NCBI GenBank assembly: GCA_964489705.1
Contig: CAZAZQ010000013.1
Coordinates: forward strand, 7,085-71,084
Reading direction: 5' to 3'
DNA: 64,000 bases
From: an uncultured Ignavibacteriales bacterium
Lineage (GTDB): Bacteria > Zixibacteria > MSB-5A5 > GN15 > FEB-12
Of this stretch, positions 53,090 through 62,037 are shown piece after piece. The notes beneath the pieces are model-generated. The model searched no databases. It was not told the origin of the DNA and saw only the letters and a list, made by a program, of their open reading frames with translations. Both the position numbers and the translations under genes were made by a program. Numbering within the stretch: the first letter of the stretch is position 1; each line of letters opens with the position of its first letter.

Positions 53090-55105
53090 ATGAAGGTCGG
53101 TTTGACAGCATTGATAATGGGGGTACTCTGCATAGTAGCCGTTACATCGTATGCCGGCAGCGGCATGAATACGGATCCTTTGATGGCGATCGAACAAGAC
53201 TACCAGGACGGTAAACTTTCATTGGATGAAAAAGTCAGATTGCAGATTACTGCCGTCAAACACCCCGAACAGCTTCCGCCCCAATACTTGCCGATGGCGC
53301 TGACAACCGGGCAGAAATATACCTCGCGTTACATCACCATGTTGTTGAAGGAAATCATCCTGCAATGGGATCAGCTTTCCGAAGAAACCCAGCAGGCATA
53401 CTTGAGCGCTTTCGTTCGACACACCACGGAATTCGTTTATACTTCGCCGGGCGGTTTTTTCAAGCTTCACTACGACACAACAGGAACCAACCGGGTTCCT
53501 GCGGCTGATGACGATTCCAGCGGCGTGCCGGATTTTGTCGAGAAGTGCGCTGCCTATTGCGACACCTCGTATAACATCCAAATCTCGTGGGGATTTTTGC
53601 CGCCTCCTTCCGACGGCGGGTTGGGCGGAGATACCCTCTTTGACGTCTACTTTGAGGAAATGGGCTACTATGGCTATGCCCAGCCGGAGGGACCGGGACC
53701 CGAACCCTGGAACGACTACTACAGTTATTTGGTCCTCAATAACGACTTTTTAGGGTTTCCTCCCAACAATGACCCGGAAGGTAACCAGTACGGAGCCGCC
53801 AAGGTAACGGTGGCTCACGAGTTCCATCACTGCATCCAGTTTGCTTACGATATCAGCGAGGGAAGCTGGTATATGGAGTTGGATGCGACCAGTTGGGAAG
53901 ATTTGGTTTTCGACTACTCTGACGACAATTACAATTACTTGAATTCTTTCTTCGACTACCCGGAAAAGTCGTTAATGGAAAACACCAATCACGCCTATTC
54001 CTGCTTTATCTGGAACCTCTATTTGGCTCAGCGCTTCGATACGTCTTTGTTGGTCTCAGTATGGGAGGGGGCACGGTATGATGATGTGTACAATACCCTT
54101 TCGGATACATTACTGGCGCGCTACGGGTGGACGCAAGATTCCGCCTTTGCCGAATTTACAACCTGGAATTATTGTACGTACAATCGAGATGACGGTTTAC
54201 ACCATGAAGAAGCGTCGAGCTATCCATTAATCGCTATCGGGAGAACTCACGTGGCGTACCCGGTCAACTTCCAGACCTCTCCAACCGCGCCGTCAGGTTA
54301 TGGGGCGTGCTACATACATTTCTTCCCTCAAGGAGCAACCGGCATTCTCCGCTTGACGTTTAACGGCGATAATTCACGAGAGTGGGCTGTTTATATTGAC
54401 AAATCGACCATTGCCGGAGGGCATGAATTTGAAAAAGTCAATTTGGATTCCAACTATTATGCGCAGATTGACGTTTTCAACTTTGAATCGTATGACCGGG
54501 TGGTCTTAATCAGTGCCAACACCAGCGAGTTCAGTTCCGGAGCATTTTTCAGTTACTCGGCGGAGATTCTCAAGCCGTACGCCTGTTCCTCGATTGTTTT
54601 GACGAACGATTCCATTGTTTACTCCGGCGGGTCTCGGGATTTCGAGTACCGGGTTTTCAATACTTCCTCTTTGAACGATGTCTTTGATATTATTGCCTGG
54701 GATGAGCTGGGATGGTTACCTCCCGATACCATCAGCAAAGCCATCCATGCCGGGGAAGACACGGTCTTTACTTTCCAAGTTCACCCTCCCCAGGGTACAC
54801 CTTTGGGAATGACCTCGACGCTATACTTCAAGGTTCGCTCATGGGGCGATTCCACCGTGAGTGATCTGCAGGTTTCCGGCGGCAAAACCATCCTACAGCA
54901 CGGAGATGCGGATTTTTCCGGAGAGATAAGTGTCTCGGATCTTACCTACCTTGTTTCTTACTTGTTCAAGTCTGGTCCGCCTCCAGTACCGGTAGAAGAA
55001 GCCGGTGACTTTAGTTGCGATTCCCTTGTGAACGTCGTCGACCTTACCGCGATGGTTTCATTTCTTTTCGGGGGAGGTGCTCCCCCGTCATGCAATCCGT
55101 ATTAA
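53090..55105 (+). CDS. Secreted MXAN_6640-like zinc metalloprotease with C-terminal dockerin
   Basis: Signal peptide, FKLHY, TVAHEFHHCIQ, WYME; duplicated GDxxxxGxxxxxDLxxLVxxLFxxG dockerin. Confidence 0.85.
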   Translation: MKVGLTALIMGVLCIVAVTSYAGSGMNTDPLMAIEQDYQDGKLSLDEKVRLQITAVKHPEQLPPQYLPMALTTGQKYTSRYITMLLKEIILQWDQLSEETQQAYLSAFVRHTTEFVYTSPGGFFKLHYDTTGTNRVPAADDDSSGVPDFVEKCAAYCDTSYNIQISWGFLPPPSDGGLGGDTLFDVYFEEMGYYGYAQPEGPGPEPWNDYYSYLVLNNDFLGFPPNNDPEGNQYGAAKVTVAHEFHHCIQFAYDISEGSWYMELDATSWEDLVFDYSDDNYNYLNSFFDYPEKSLMENTNHAYSCFIWNLYLAQRFDTSLLVSVWEGARYDDVYNTLSDTLLARYGWTQDSAFAEFTTWNYCTYNRDDGLHHEEASSYPLIAIGRTHVAYPVNFQTSPTAPSGYGACYIHFFPQGATGILRLTFNGDNSREWAVYIDKSTIAGGHEFEKVNLDSNYYAQIDVFNFESYDRVVLISANTSEFSSGAFFSYSAEILKPYACSSIVLTNDSIVYSGGSRDFEYRVFNTSSLNDVFDIIAWDELGWLPPDTISKAIHAGEDTVFTFQVHPPQGTPLGMTSTLYFKVRSWGDSTVSDLQVSGGKTILQHGDADFSGEISVSDLTYLVSYLFKSGPPPVPVEEAGDFSCDSLVNVVDLTAMVSFLFGGGAPPSCNPY

Positions 55106-55285
55106 GACTTCCGCTCGGCGACCGCCCCCAATCAAAATTTTCTTGTTGAGTCGTTTTTGTCGATTTTTTTAGTTGACTTGTTTCTCTCATTTCCGGTATC
55201 AATACCCCGTGATAAAATAAAGTTACGTATTGCCTTGTTGACTCGGACCTCACGGATGACGTCCGAGACAAAAATAGGGGGATGT

Positions 55286-55498
55286 ATGGATAACGGTTTC
55301 GAGCCGAAGATACTCATTTGTTGTGAGTGCGGACAAGAGTTCGTGTTCACGGTGGCTGCGCAAAAGTACTTTGCTGAGCGAGGATACACGGAAGATCCGA
55401 AGCGATGTAAGAGTTGTCATACGCGATATAAGAAATCGCAGCGTGATGCCCGGCACCAGCCTGAGCCTATTACTTCCGAATCGAATTACCCGGAGTAA
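55286..55498 (+). CDS. Small zinc-ribbon protein (zf-trcl type)
   Basis: CCECGQEFVFT..Q.YF..RG...PKRCKSC; AGGGGG RBS. Confidence 0.88.
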   Translation: MDNGFEPKILICCECGQEFVFTVAAQKYFAERGYTEDPKRCKSCHTRYKKSQRDARHQPEPITSESNYPE

Positions 55499-55515
55499 CG
55501 AGCAGTCAAAACAAT

Positions 55516-55545
55516 AACCCCGGTCGAAAAATCGACCGGGGTTTT
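55516..55545. terminator. Terminator between convergent genes
   Basis: AACCCCGGTCGA-aaaa-TCGACCGGGGTT followed by T-run; second hairpin GGGTAACC/GGTTACCC follows. Confidence 0.8.
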
Positions 55546-55600
55546 AATGGGGTAACCAGGGAAAAAGGGGGTTACCCGATGTTCAGGGGGTATGGCATTC

Positions 55601-57343
55601 CTATCTCACTAACATCATCTTCTTGGTTACACATGTTCCACCGGCAGTGAACCGATAGAAATATACACCGGATGAGACTTCTTGTCCATTCGAATCGCAT
55701 CCGTCCCACACCACCCTTCCGGAACCGGCTTCGAGCGTTCCCGCAAAGAGTGTTTTAACCTTCTGTCCCATAACGTTATAAATTTCCAGCGCCGCGGTTG
55801 TTTTATCCGAAACGGAATAGAAAATGGTCGTCGAGGGATTGAACGGATTCGGGTAATTTTGTGACAGTTCGATGGTCACGGGAAGCAAGACGCCGGTACT
55901 GTCTCCTCCTGTCCCGGAGGACAACCCCACCGTAAAATCTGCGTACATGACCGCCCCGGAGACTGAAATATCGTCCACAATGACAGACGTGGCGCTGTCA
56001 TTATAGGCATGGGAGCTCGGGGTGGAAAGAGCACTGAAGGTCGTGTTGTTTGTGCTTCCGGGAAACGGATCTCCGGTGTCGCCGTAATCCGTTTTATGTT
56101 CCAACTCGAAGAGACCGTCTGCCTGTTCCAGAGCTACTTTGTAATGCACCCCGCTCGGTTGACCGGACCACCATTCCTCGGTATTGCCGGCTTTGCTTTC
56201 GTCAATGTGCCAAATGAGCAACCCGTCGCCGGGGAGATAGCTGTCGTACCCGACCTTCTGTCGGTTTTCCACCAAAAAGTATTCATTGCCGATAACGCCG
56301 CCGTTCCAGAGGCGATAGATGTCGGCCGTCTCCTCCACTTGCACGATAGCTTGGGATAAAGTGGTGGCGGTGACATTTTGCGGGGTGGCAAGGCCCATCT
56401 GCACCCGACTCCAGGCACACGGATGAGCCGGTGAGCGGCCGAATCCCTGGGGTCCCAACCAACAGCCGAACGACATCAAGCCCCACCGGCCGATGCCGTT
56501 GGATGAGTAATCGGTATCGTATAAATCGGGTAAGCCGAAGCCGTGTCCCAGTTCATGGGCGTAGACACCGATAGTCATGTCGCCGGGGGTTTGCCAAAAC
56601 TCCGGTTGGATAGTGTAGTCTCGGATGTAGACGCCGTCTTTCAACCGTGGCGTTATGCTCCACTTATGAGACCAAATGTCGTCATTGCTTCCGCTCAATT
56701 CCGCCCCGGTGCCGCTATGGACCACGATGAGGACGTCAACGATGCCGTCACCGTTGTTGTCATAGTTGGAAAAATCCACGTGGGCGTCGACCAGGTCGAC
56801 AAGGTCTTCAACCAGCTTTTGAGTGTTTTGCGGATATGTCCCGGTGCCGTTTTGTCCGTTGACATAGTAGGCGTATGTCTGCGGTGCCGTCTGCCAGCCC
56901 AAGGTGGAAGGGAGATTGACGGTGACAATATCCAGTTGTCCGTAGGAAATTTCATGGTAATAATCCGCTACCGTGCTGCCTATCGTATCAAAGAGAAGGG
57001 AATCGAAGAATGTTGCTCCCACCGAACTGGGATGGTCGGTGAACTGCACCAAAATCGCCAACGCTTTGAATTCTCCCGAGAGGAGCGGACTGTTCGTTCT
57101 GTCCGGTGACGTTTGCGCCTCCTTGCTCAGAGAACGTATCTCGCCGGTGCAAATACCTTTGGCGTGCATTTGGTCAAGATGGCTGAAGAAGTAAGGAGCT
57201 TCCACGGTGTCGCTTTTCAGTTGTTCCAGCAGACGAGGATGAGGAGGCGCCCCCTGAACCACTCCAAAGAGAAACAGACCAAGCCCTATGCTTATCCCGA
57301 CGATATTCAGCCAACCGATGCGATGTCGAACATGCCTTTTCAT
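55601..57343 (-). CDS. M6 (immune inhibitor A) metalloprotease with FlgD-Ig/T9SS-like C-terminal domain
   Basis: IWSH, HELGHGFGLPDLYD, WGLMSFG, EYFLVENRQ, LSQNYPNPFNP..SSGVYFYR. Confidence 0.92.
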   Translation of the reverse strand: MKRHVRHRIGWLNIVGISIGLGLFLFGVVQGAPPHPRLLEQLKSDTVEAPYFFSHLDQMHAKGICTGEIRSLSKEAQTSPDRTNSPLLSGEFKALAILVQFTDHPSSVGATFFDSLLFDTIGSTVADYYHEISYGQLDIVTVNLPSTLGWQTAPQTYAYYVNGQNGTGTYPQNTQKLVEDLVDLVDAHVDFSNYDNNGDGIVDVLIVVHSGTGAELSGSNDDIWSHKWSITPRLKDGVYIRDYTIQPEFWQTPGDMTIGVYAHELGHGFGLPDLYDTDYSSNGIGRWGLMSFGCWLGPQGFGRSPAHPCAWSRVQMGLATPQNVTATTLSQAIVQVEETADIYRLWNGGVIGNEYFLVENRQKVGYDSYLPGDGLLIWHIDESKAGNTEEWWSGQPSGVHYKVALEQADGLFELEHKTDYGDTGDPFPGSTNNTTFSALSTPSSHAYNDSATSVIVDDISVSGAVMYADFTVGLSSGTGGDSTGVLLPVTIELSQNYPNPFNPSTTIFYSVSDKTTAALEIYNVMGQKVKTLFAGTLEAGSGRVVWDGCDSNGQEVSSGVYFYRFTAGGTCVTKKMMLVR

Positions 57344-57355
57344 GATATTCACCCC

Positions 57356-58660
57356 TTAGAAGTGGAATCCCGTCGAGAGAGCGAAATTGAGTTCTTTGGC
57401 GGAGTAGGGGGAAAAACCGGTGCCGGTAACTAAGGCGAGGTCGAGATAGAACAGCGGCAAATTCAAGCCGGTACCGACGGAGAAAGCGGTATTCTCGCTG
57501 CCGCCCGTGGCAAAACCGCCTCGCAACGGAATCACCGGCGTGACCCACCACTCGACACCACCGGCAATGCGGGGTTTGGAGGACGAACCGGCCGCTCGCC
57601 GGAATCCCTGCTCCCAGTCGAGTGCCCACAGGAGAGAGCCGGACGTCCGCGCCAAACCAACCGTCATAACGGAAGGAAGGGTCGTCGAGAAAGGAGGAAT
57701 GTCCTTGGTGTAGTCGTCTGAGACAATGTAATCTTCGTTCATGTTCTCGACGGTCATGGTGTCAAAGCTGAAAAGGTAACCATGCTCCTCTGTCTCCCGA
57801 GTCCACGAAACGGTGCTGAGGAAGTTCTTTACCCGCCAACCTGCCGTATAGCTGTCGTTGAGACGAATCGCCGCTCCGATATCCAAAGCGTAACCGGTAC
57901 CGCCGGTGGAAGTTTGCGAGGTCAGGTAGCCATCCCCGGAGAAACCGGTGGCATACGTAGCCAACATCCCCTCCAAGTCGACGATACGTTCCACTGCCAG
58001 TCCTTTGATATATTTCACCGTCGCGCCGACGGCGACTTGACGGGTACCGGCTTCGTATATGGGCATCCCATAAGAGAGTCCGGCTGAAACATAGCCGACC
58101 GCATCGAGGTACGTGCCGGTCAAATCGATGACGTCGGCGAACGAATTGCCGTTGAGAATCAAATCGATGACATCTTTGCTGACATTGGCGTCGGCGAGGG
58201 CTTCAAGAGCAACAGAGAAGACCAGGGGACCGGATGTGGTCGCCAGCGCCGCCGCTTCCACATCGGCAACGACGCTCAATCCTTCGTCAGGTACCCGTCC
58301 GAGCAGGTAGTCTTTGTCACCATCGGTCAAGAAGGCGCCGGTATATTTATTGTAATCGCCCAGCGAAAAAGCATTGTTGGAAATGTTGGCGCCGAGCCCG
58401 AAAAGCTCGATGCCGCGGCTTTGGTAACCGGCAAGTCCAAGATTAGCCGGATTGTACCGGGCGGCATCGACCCCCATCGCCAAACCGATGTGGGCTCCTC
58501 CCATGCCGACCGCGCGTGCGGAGGCTTTTTCCGCACTATGGCTTTGACTGAAAGTCAACAGAGCCGCGAGCAGAGCCAGCAAGAGGATTTTCCCGGCGAT
58601 AAGGAATGGTTTTCGTTCAACCGCCGATGCCCGTACTGAGGATGTATGTGGATATTTCAT
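57356..58660 (-). CDS. Outer-membrane beta-barrel (DUF5723/TraF/PorV-like)
   Basis: ARAVGMGGA..NPANL, GYALDIG, PLRGG, terminal F; AGGAGG RBS. Confidence 0.75.
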   Translation of the reverse strand: MKYPHTSSVRASAVERKPFLIAGKILLLALLAALLTFSQSHSAEKASARAVGMGGAHIGLAMGVDAARYNPANLGLAGYQSRGIELFGLGANISNNAFSLGDYNKYTGAFLTDGDKDYLLGRVPDEGLSVVADVEAAALATTSGPLVFSVALEALADANVSKDVIDLILNGNSFADVIDLTGTYLDAVGYVSAGLSYGMPIYEAGTRQVAVGATVKYIKGLAVERIVDLEGMLATYATGFSGDGYLTSQTSTGGTGYALDIGAAIRLNDSYTAGWRVKNFLSTVSWTRETEEHGYLFSFDTMTVENMNEDYIVSDDYTKDIPPFSTTLPSVMTVGLARTSGSLLWALDWEQGFRRAAGSSSKPRIAGGVEWWVTPVIPLRGGFATGGSENTAFSVGTGLNLPLFYLDLALVTGTGFSPYSAKELNFALSTGFHF

Positions 58661-58673
58661 CGTTAGCCTCCTT

Positions 58674-60737
58674 TTAGAATTCACCGTCAAAGTGGTACTC
58701 GACTTCGAGGTATCCTGTGATGGTGAGATAATCGTTTTGCGTCAGCTTTACGACCTGTCCGTTGGTGCTTTCGAGGGTGATTTGCTGTCCGATGTAGAGG
58801 GTGTCGTTTTCAAGGATGCGGCGAACATCCGCGCTGTCCAAGTATATCTCCTGATACCCGGTTGAAGCCGTGTCAATGACGATTCCATTCGCAGAAACCG
58901 GGGCAGCCGTGATGGAGAGGGAATCGAATGTTTTTACCGGCGTCGTATAGATCGAGACGGAATCTCCGCCGAGATACAAGTCGACCTGGGCGCCGAGCGG
59001 CAGATGACTGGTAATGTTATAGACCAAACGTCCGGAAATAAAGTGATCGGTGATGGCGTCGATGTTGTCTTGACTTATCTCCGTGCTCTGAATGTCGGTT
59101 TCAAAAGTCGTCTCGTTGATGATGAGTGCCAGAGGGGCGGAGATGTTGATGCGGGCTTGAACAAAGTCGTTTGCCTTGATGGTGCCTTGGTACAACCCAT
59201 CTCCGAATGTCACCGAACCGGTCACATCGATATGAGTCGGGAAGGGATAGAGAAAGTCGGCGACGGTACTGTCGGTAATGGTGCTTATCGAAGTGCTGTC
59301 ATACCCGCTGGGGGCGATGTCGCCGATGAAATGGAGACTCTTGCCGTTGTTGCCTTGTAAGAGCACATCAAGGTGTCCCGGCAGGTTGATACCGTTTTCC
59401 ACTTCCAGCGTTAAAAGAGCGGAAGCAAACTGTACCGAATCCAATCCCGTCGGGGCGTCGATATCTTGGGAGACGTTTACAAAGTCAGCGGAAATGGTGT
59501 CGAACACTCCCGTGACTGACCCGAAAGCAAGATTAGTCAAACTGGCATCGACAAAGAAACTGTCGTCCGCGTTCACTTGAACCTGCTGGCTGGTGCCGGG
59601 AAGGGAAACGGAGACGTTTACCTGAATCTCCTGCGGGAGAGTGTTGTCCTGCGGAACCAAACGGTATTGGCTGAGATCTATAGAGGTGTTGGTGCTTTGT
59701 CTGCCGACGAGATGCTGGTTGATGGAGAGGGGAATATCGCTGGAGGAAATGAAATCGGGAAGGGTAATCACCAAGTCGGCATCGAGGTTGGTTTCGTTAA
59801 TAATTTGCAGGTTCAGCGTACCGCTGGAAAGGGTGGCGGTATCGATGCGGTTATTTTCATCCAAAGGAATAGTGGTCGGGTATTCGCGGGAGAAAGACGG
59901 GATTTCCGCCGTTGCCGACGAGACCACCAAACTGTCGGAAAAAAGCAACTCCGTTCCAATCGCCCGCGTGGAAGCCGAGTCAACTGTGCCTCCCGGCGTG
60001 TAACAATGAGAGTTCACCCGCAGGGAATTCGAAATACTGGCGTTGTTGAGGGGAATGTGACTGGTATCGGACGTTCCGTGGAGGATCGGTTGCGGGAAGG
60101 TATCGGTGGCGATAACCTGACTGTAGAAGTTGTCATAGATTTCGACAATGACCGTATCCAGATCGATTCCTAAGTTGTTGTCGATGACGATATCAACGTA
60201 CCCGTCGGCAATAGTAGCCTGGGTGAAGGTCGAAATGGTGGGCATGTCGTTGTACAAGTCGAAGCTCCCGGCGGCAACGTCGGCGCTGTCACCCGGCAAG
60301 GAGCTGGCAAGCCCCGCGATGGTTGTCAGGCTGACCGTCACCGGATCGACACTCGGTGAGCTGATGCTTACCGTCCCGAGCTTTTCCGAAATGACGCTGT
60401 TGATGTCAGGGGTGGTCAAGAGGTCGGCATCCAGTCGGATGGTGTCGAGCTCTTCCGTGATGGATAAAGACGCCAGCCCGCTGCTGTCGAACCCAACTTC
60501 GTCTTGGCCGATTTCGTCAACCAGCTCTTCCATCGGGAAGAGGCGGTTTATCATCGGAACGGTCAAGTTGGTGTTCCATTCGGGAGCTTCCGGTTTTTTG
60601 ACGGTACACTGGGTCAACGTCAGAAAGGTGACGATAATCGCCAGCCCCAAAAAGAGCTTGGTGCCCAATTTGAAGACAAACGAATCAAGGAAACTTTCCG
60701 AATATTCTCTTCTTCTTTTTTTCCTTCTTTTTGCCAT
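58674..60737 (-). CDS. Large beta-rich hypothetical lipoprotein
   Basis: Basic N-region, hydrophobic stretch, LTQC lipobox-like; D/S/T-rich mature part. Confidence 0.75.
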   Translation of the reverse strand: MAKRRKKRRREYSESFLDSFVFKLGTKLFLGLAIIVTFLTLTQCTVKKPEAPEWNTNLTVPMINRLFPMEELVDEIGQDEVGFDSSGLASLSITEELDTIRLDADLLTTPDINSVISEKLGTVSISSPSVDPVTVSLTTIAGLASSLPGDSADVAAGSFDLYNDMPTISTFTQATIADGYVDIVIDNNLGIDLDTVIVEIYDNFYSQVIATDTFPQPILHGTSDTSHIPLNNASISNSLRVNSHCYTPGGTVDSASTRAIGTELLFSDSLVVSSATAEIPSFSREYPTTIPLDENNRIDTATLSSGTLNLQIINETNLDADLVITLPDFISSSDIPLSINQHLVGRQSTNTSIDLSQYRLVPQDNTLPQEIQVNVSVSLPGTSQQVQVNADDSFFVDASLTNLAFGSVTGVFDTISADFVNVSQDIDAPTGLDSVQFASALLTLEVENGINLPGHLDVLLQGNNGKSLHFIGDIAPSGYDSTSISTITDSTVADFLYPFPTHIDVTGSVTFGDGLYQGTIKANDFVQARINISAPLALIINETTFETDIQSTEISQDNIDAITDHFISGRLVYNITSHLPLGAQVDLYLGGDSVSIYTTPVKTFDSLSITAAPVSANGIVIDTASTGYQEIYLDSADVRRILENDTLYIGQQITLESTNGQVVKLTQNDYLTITGYLEVEYHFDGEF

Positions 60738-60786
60738 AGTGTCCCCCAAAGCATAATTTCCACGTATCTGTTTCTTTCAGTTGAAG

Positions 60787-60803
60787 CGCAAAGAGAGTGC
60801 CAA
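60787..60803 (-). promoter_or_regulatory. sigma54 (-24/-12) promoter
   Basis: TTGGCAC-TCTCT-TTGCG, exact TGGCAC-N5-TTGC consensus 50 nt upstream of the lipoprotein ATG. Confidence 0.75.
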
Positions 60804-60853
60804 CGCCGAAATCTCTCGGTTATTCCTTGCCGGAGAATAAGTTAGGGGGCTGG

Positions 60854-60917
60854 TATGGGAGCCGTCCCATAGCCGGAAACCTTGTGAAACACCTTATCCT
60901 ATGGGGATTTCCCCATA
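60854..60917. promoter_or_regulatory. Pair of 18-bp palindromic operator/enhancer sites
   Basis: TATGGGAGCCGTCCCATA (60854-60871) and TATGGGGATTTCCCCATA (60900-60917). Confidence 0.65.
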
Positions 60918-60951
60918 TTGTGTCTTTTTTGTTTTTGTGTATATTGTGTAT

Positions 60952-61929
60952 ATGGGAACAACAGCACGAATGGCAAAATATGACCGGCTCCTGTATATTT
61001 TGAATCTGCTGAGGGCGCGGCGAAATCTCAACGCCAGAATGCTTGCCCAAGAGTGCGGGGTGACGGAGCGCTCTATTTACCGGGACATCGTCGCCCTATC
61101 TGAAGCCAACGTCCCCATCTATTATGACAATGGGTACAAGTTAGCTTCCGGAAATTTCCTTCCGCCGCTGAATTTCAGTTTTGACGAATACCAGTGTCTG
61201 AAGCTGGCGATGGAGTCCTCACCATTGACCAAGGTGCCGAAATATCGAGCCTTGATAAAAAAGATTCAGGCGAAAATCGACGCCGGTTTGTCGGATTCGG
61301 TCAAGAAGGAGAAAAAGTTCGCTCCTCAGACCACCCGCATCGACATTCTTACCTCGGAGGGACAGGAAAGGGGGGAGAGGTTCTACGGTGATATTGAAAA
61401 GGCGATAACGGATTGGCGCTGCTTGGAGGTGGAATACCACTCCATCCACAGCGGGGTGACAACCAGAGTGGTAGAGCCGTACTTTATTATTTTTCGAGGT
61501 CGGGCGTTTTACTTTGTGGCGTACTGCCGAATGAGAAAAGAATTTCGAACCTTTCGGATTGAACGGGTCTCCCGCCTGAAAATCCTTGAGGAGAAATTTC
61601 AGAAAGATGATTCCGTTACGCCGGAGACGTATTTCGAGGGAAGCTGGGAAGTCTACAGCGGTGAGCCGGTCGAAGTAGTGGCACGTTTCCGAGGAGCCGC
61701 CGCCCGCGTGATTCTTTCAGGGAACCATCATCCCAAAGAAAAAGTGGAAAAGATAAGCGAAGATGACGTTATCTATCGGGTGGTCACGCGAGGGACCGAA
61801 GAGATTCAACGCTGGTTGCTTGGTTTCGGCACCGAGGTGGAAGTGCTGGAACCGGCTCATCTTCGAGAAAGCCTTGCCGCCATCGGAACGTATCTCTCCT
61901 CGACATATTCTTCCGAGGCACATTCCTAA
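60952..61929 (+). CDS. HTH-WYL-WCX transcriptional regulator (YafY/PafB type)
   Basis: RLLYIL..LAQECGVTERSIYRDI HTH; RVVEPY..FYFVAYC..RTFRIERV WYL; EVLEP; start 60952 or 60970. Confidence 0.93.
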   Translation: MGTTARMAKYDRLLYILNLLRARRNLNARMLAQECGVTERSIYRDIVALSEANVPIYYDNGYKLASGNFLPPLNFSFDEYQCLKLAMESSPLTKVPKYRALIKKIQAKIDAGLSDSVKKEKKFAPQTTRIDILTSEGQERGERFYGDIEKAITDWRCLEVEYHSIHSGVTTRVVEPYFIIFRGRAFYFVAYCRMRKEFRTFRIERVSRLKILEEKFQKDDSVTPETYFEGSWEVYSGEPVEVVARFRGAAARVILSGNHHPKEKVEKISEDDVIYRVVTRGTEEIQRWLLGFGTEVEVLEPAHLRESLAAIGTYLSSTYSSEAHS

Positions 61930-62037
61930 TCTTCTTCACGGAGGAACATGAAGAAAAATTCCATTGGGTAAATGGGGAATCCGGTTATATTACGGAAAGT
62001 AGAGAAAATCTTCATTCTAATATCAAGGAGTATCTTC

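Noticed and set aside
60952-61929. WYL gene as marker of a phage-defence island
   Set aside because: No restriction-modification, BREX, CBASS, Cas or toxin genes are adjacent in the window
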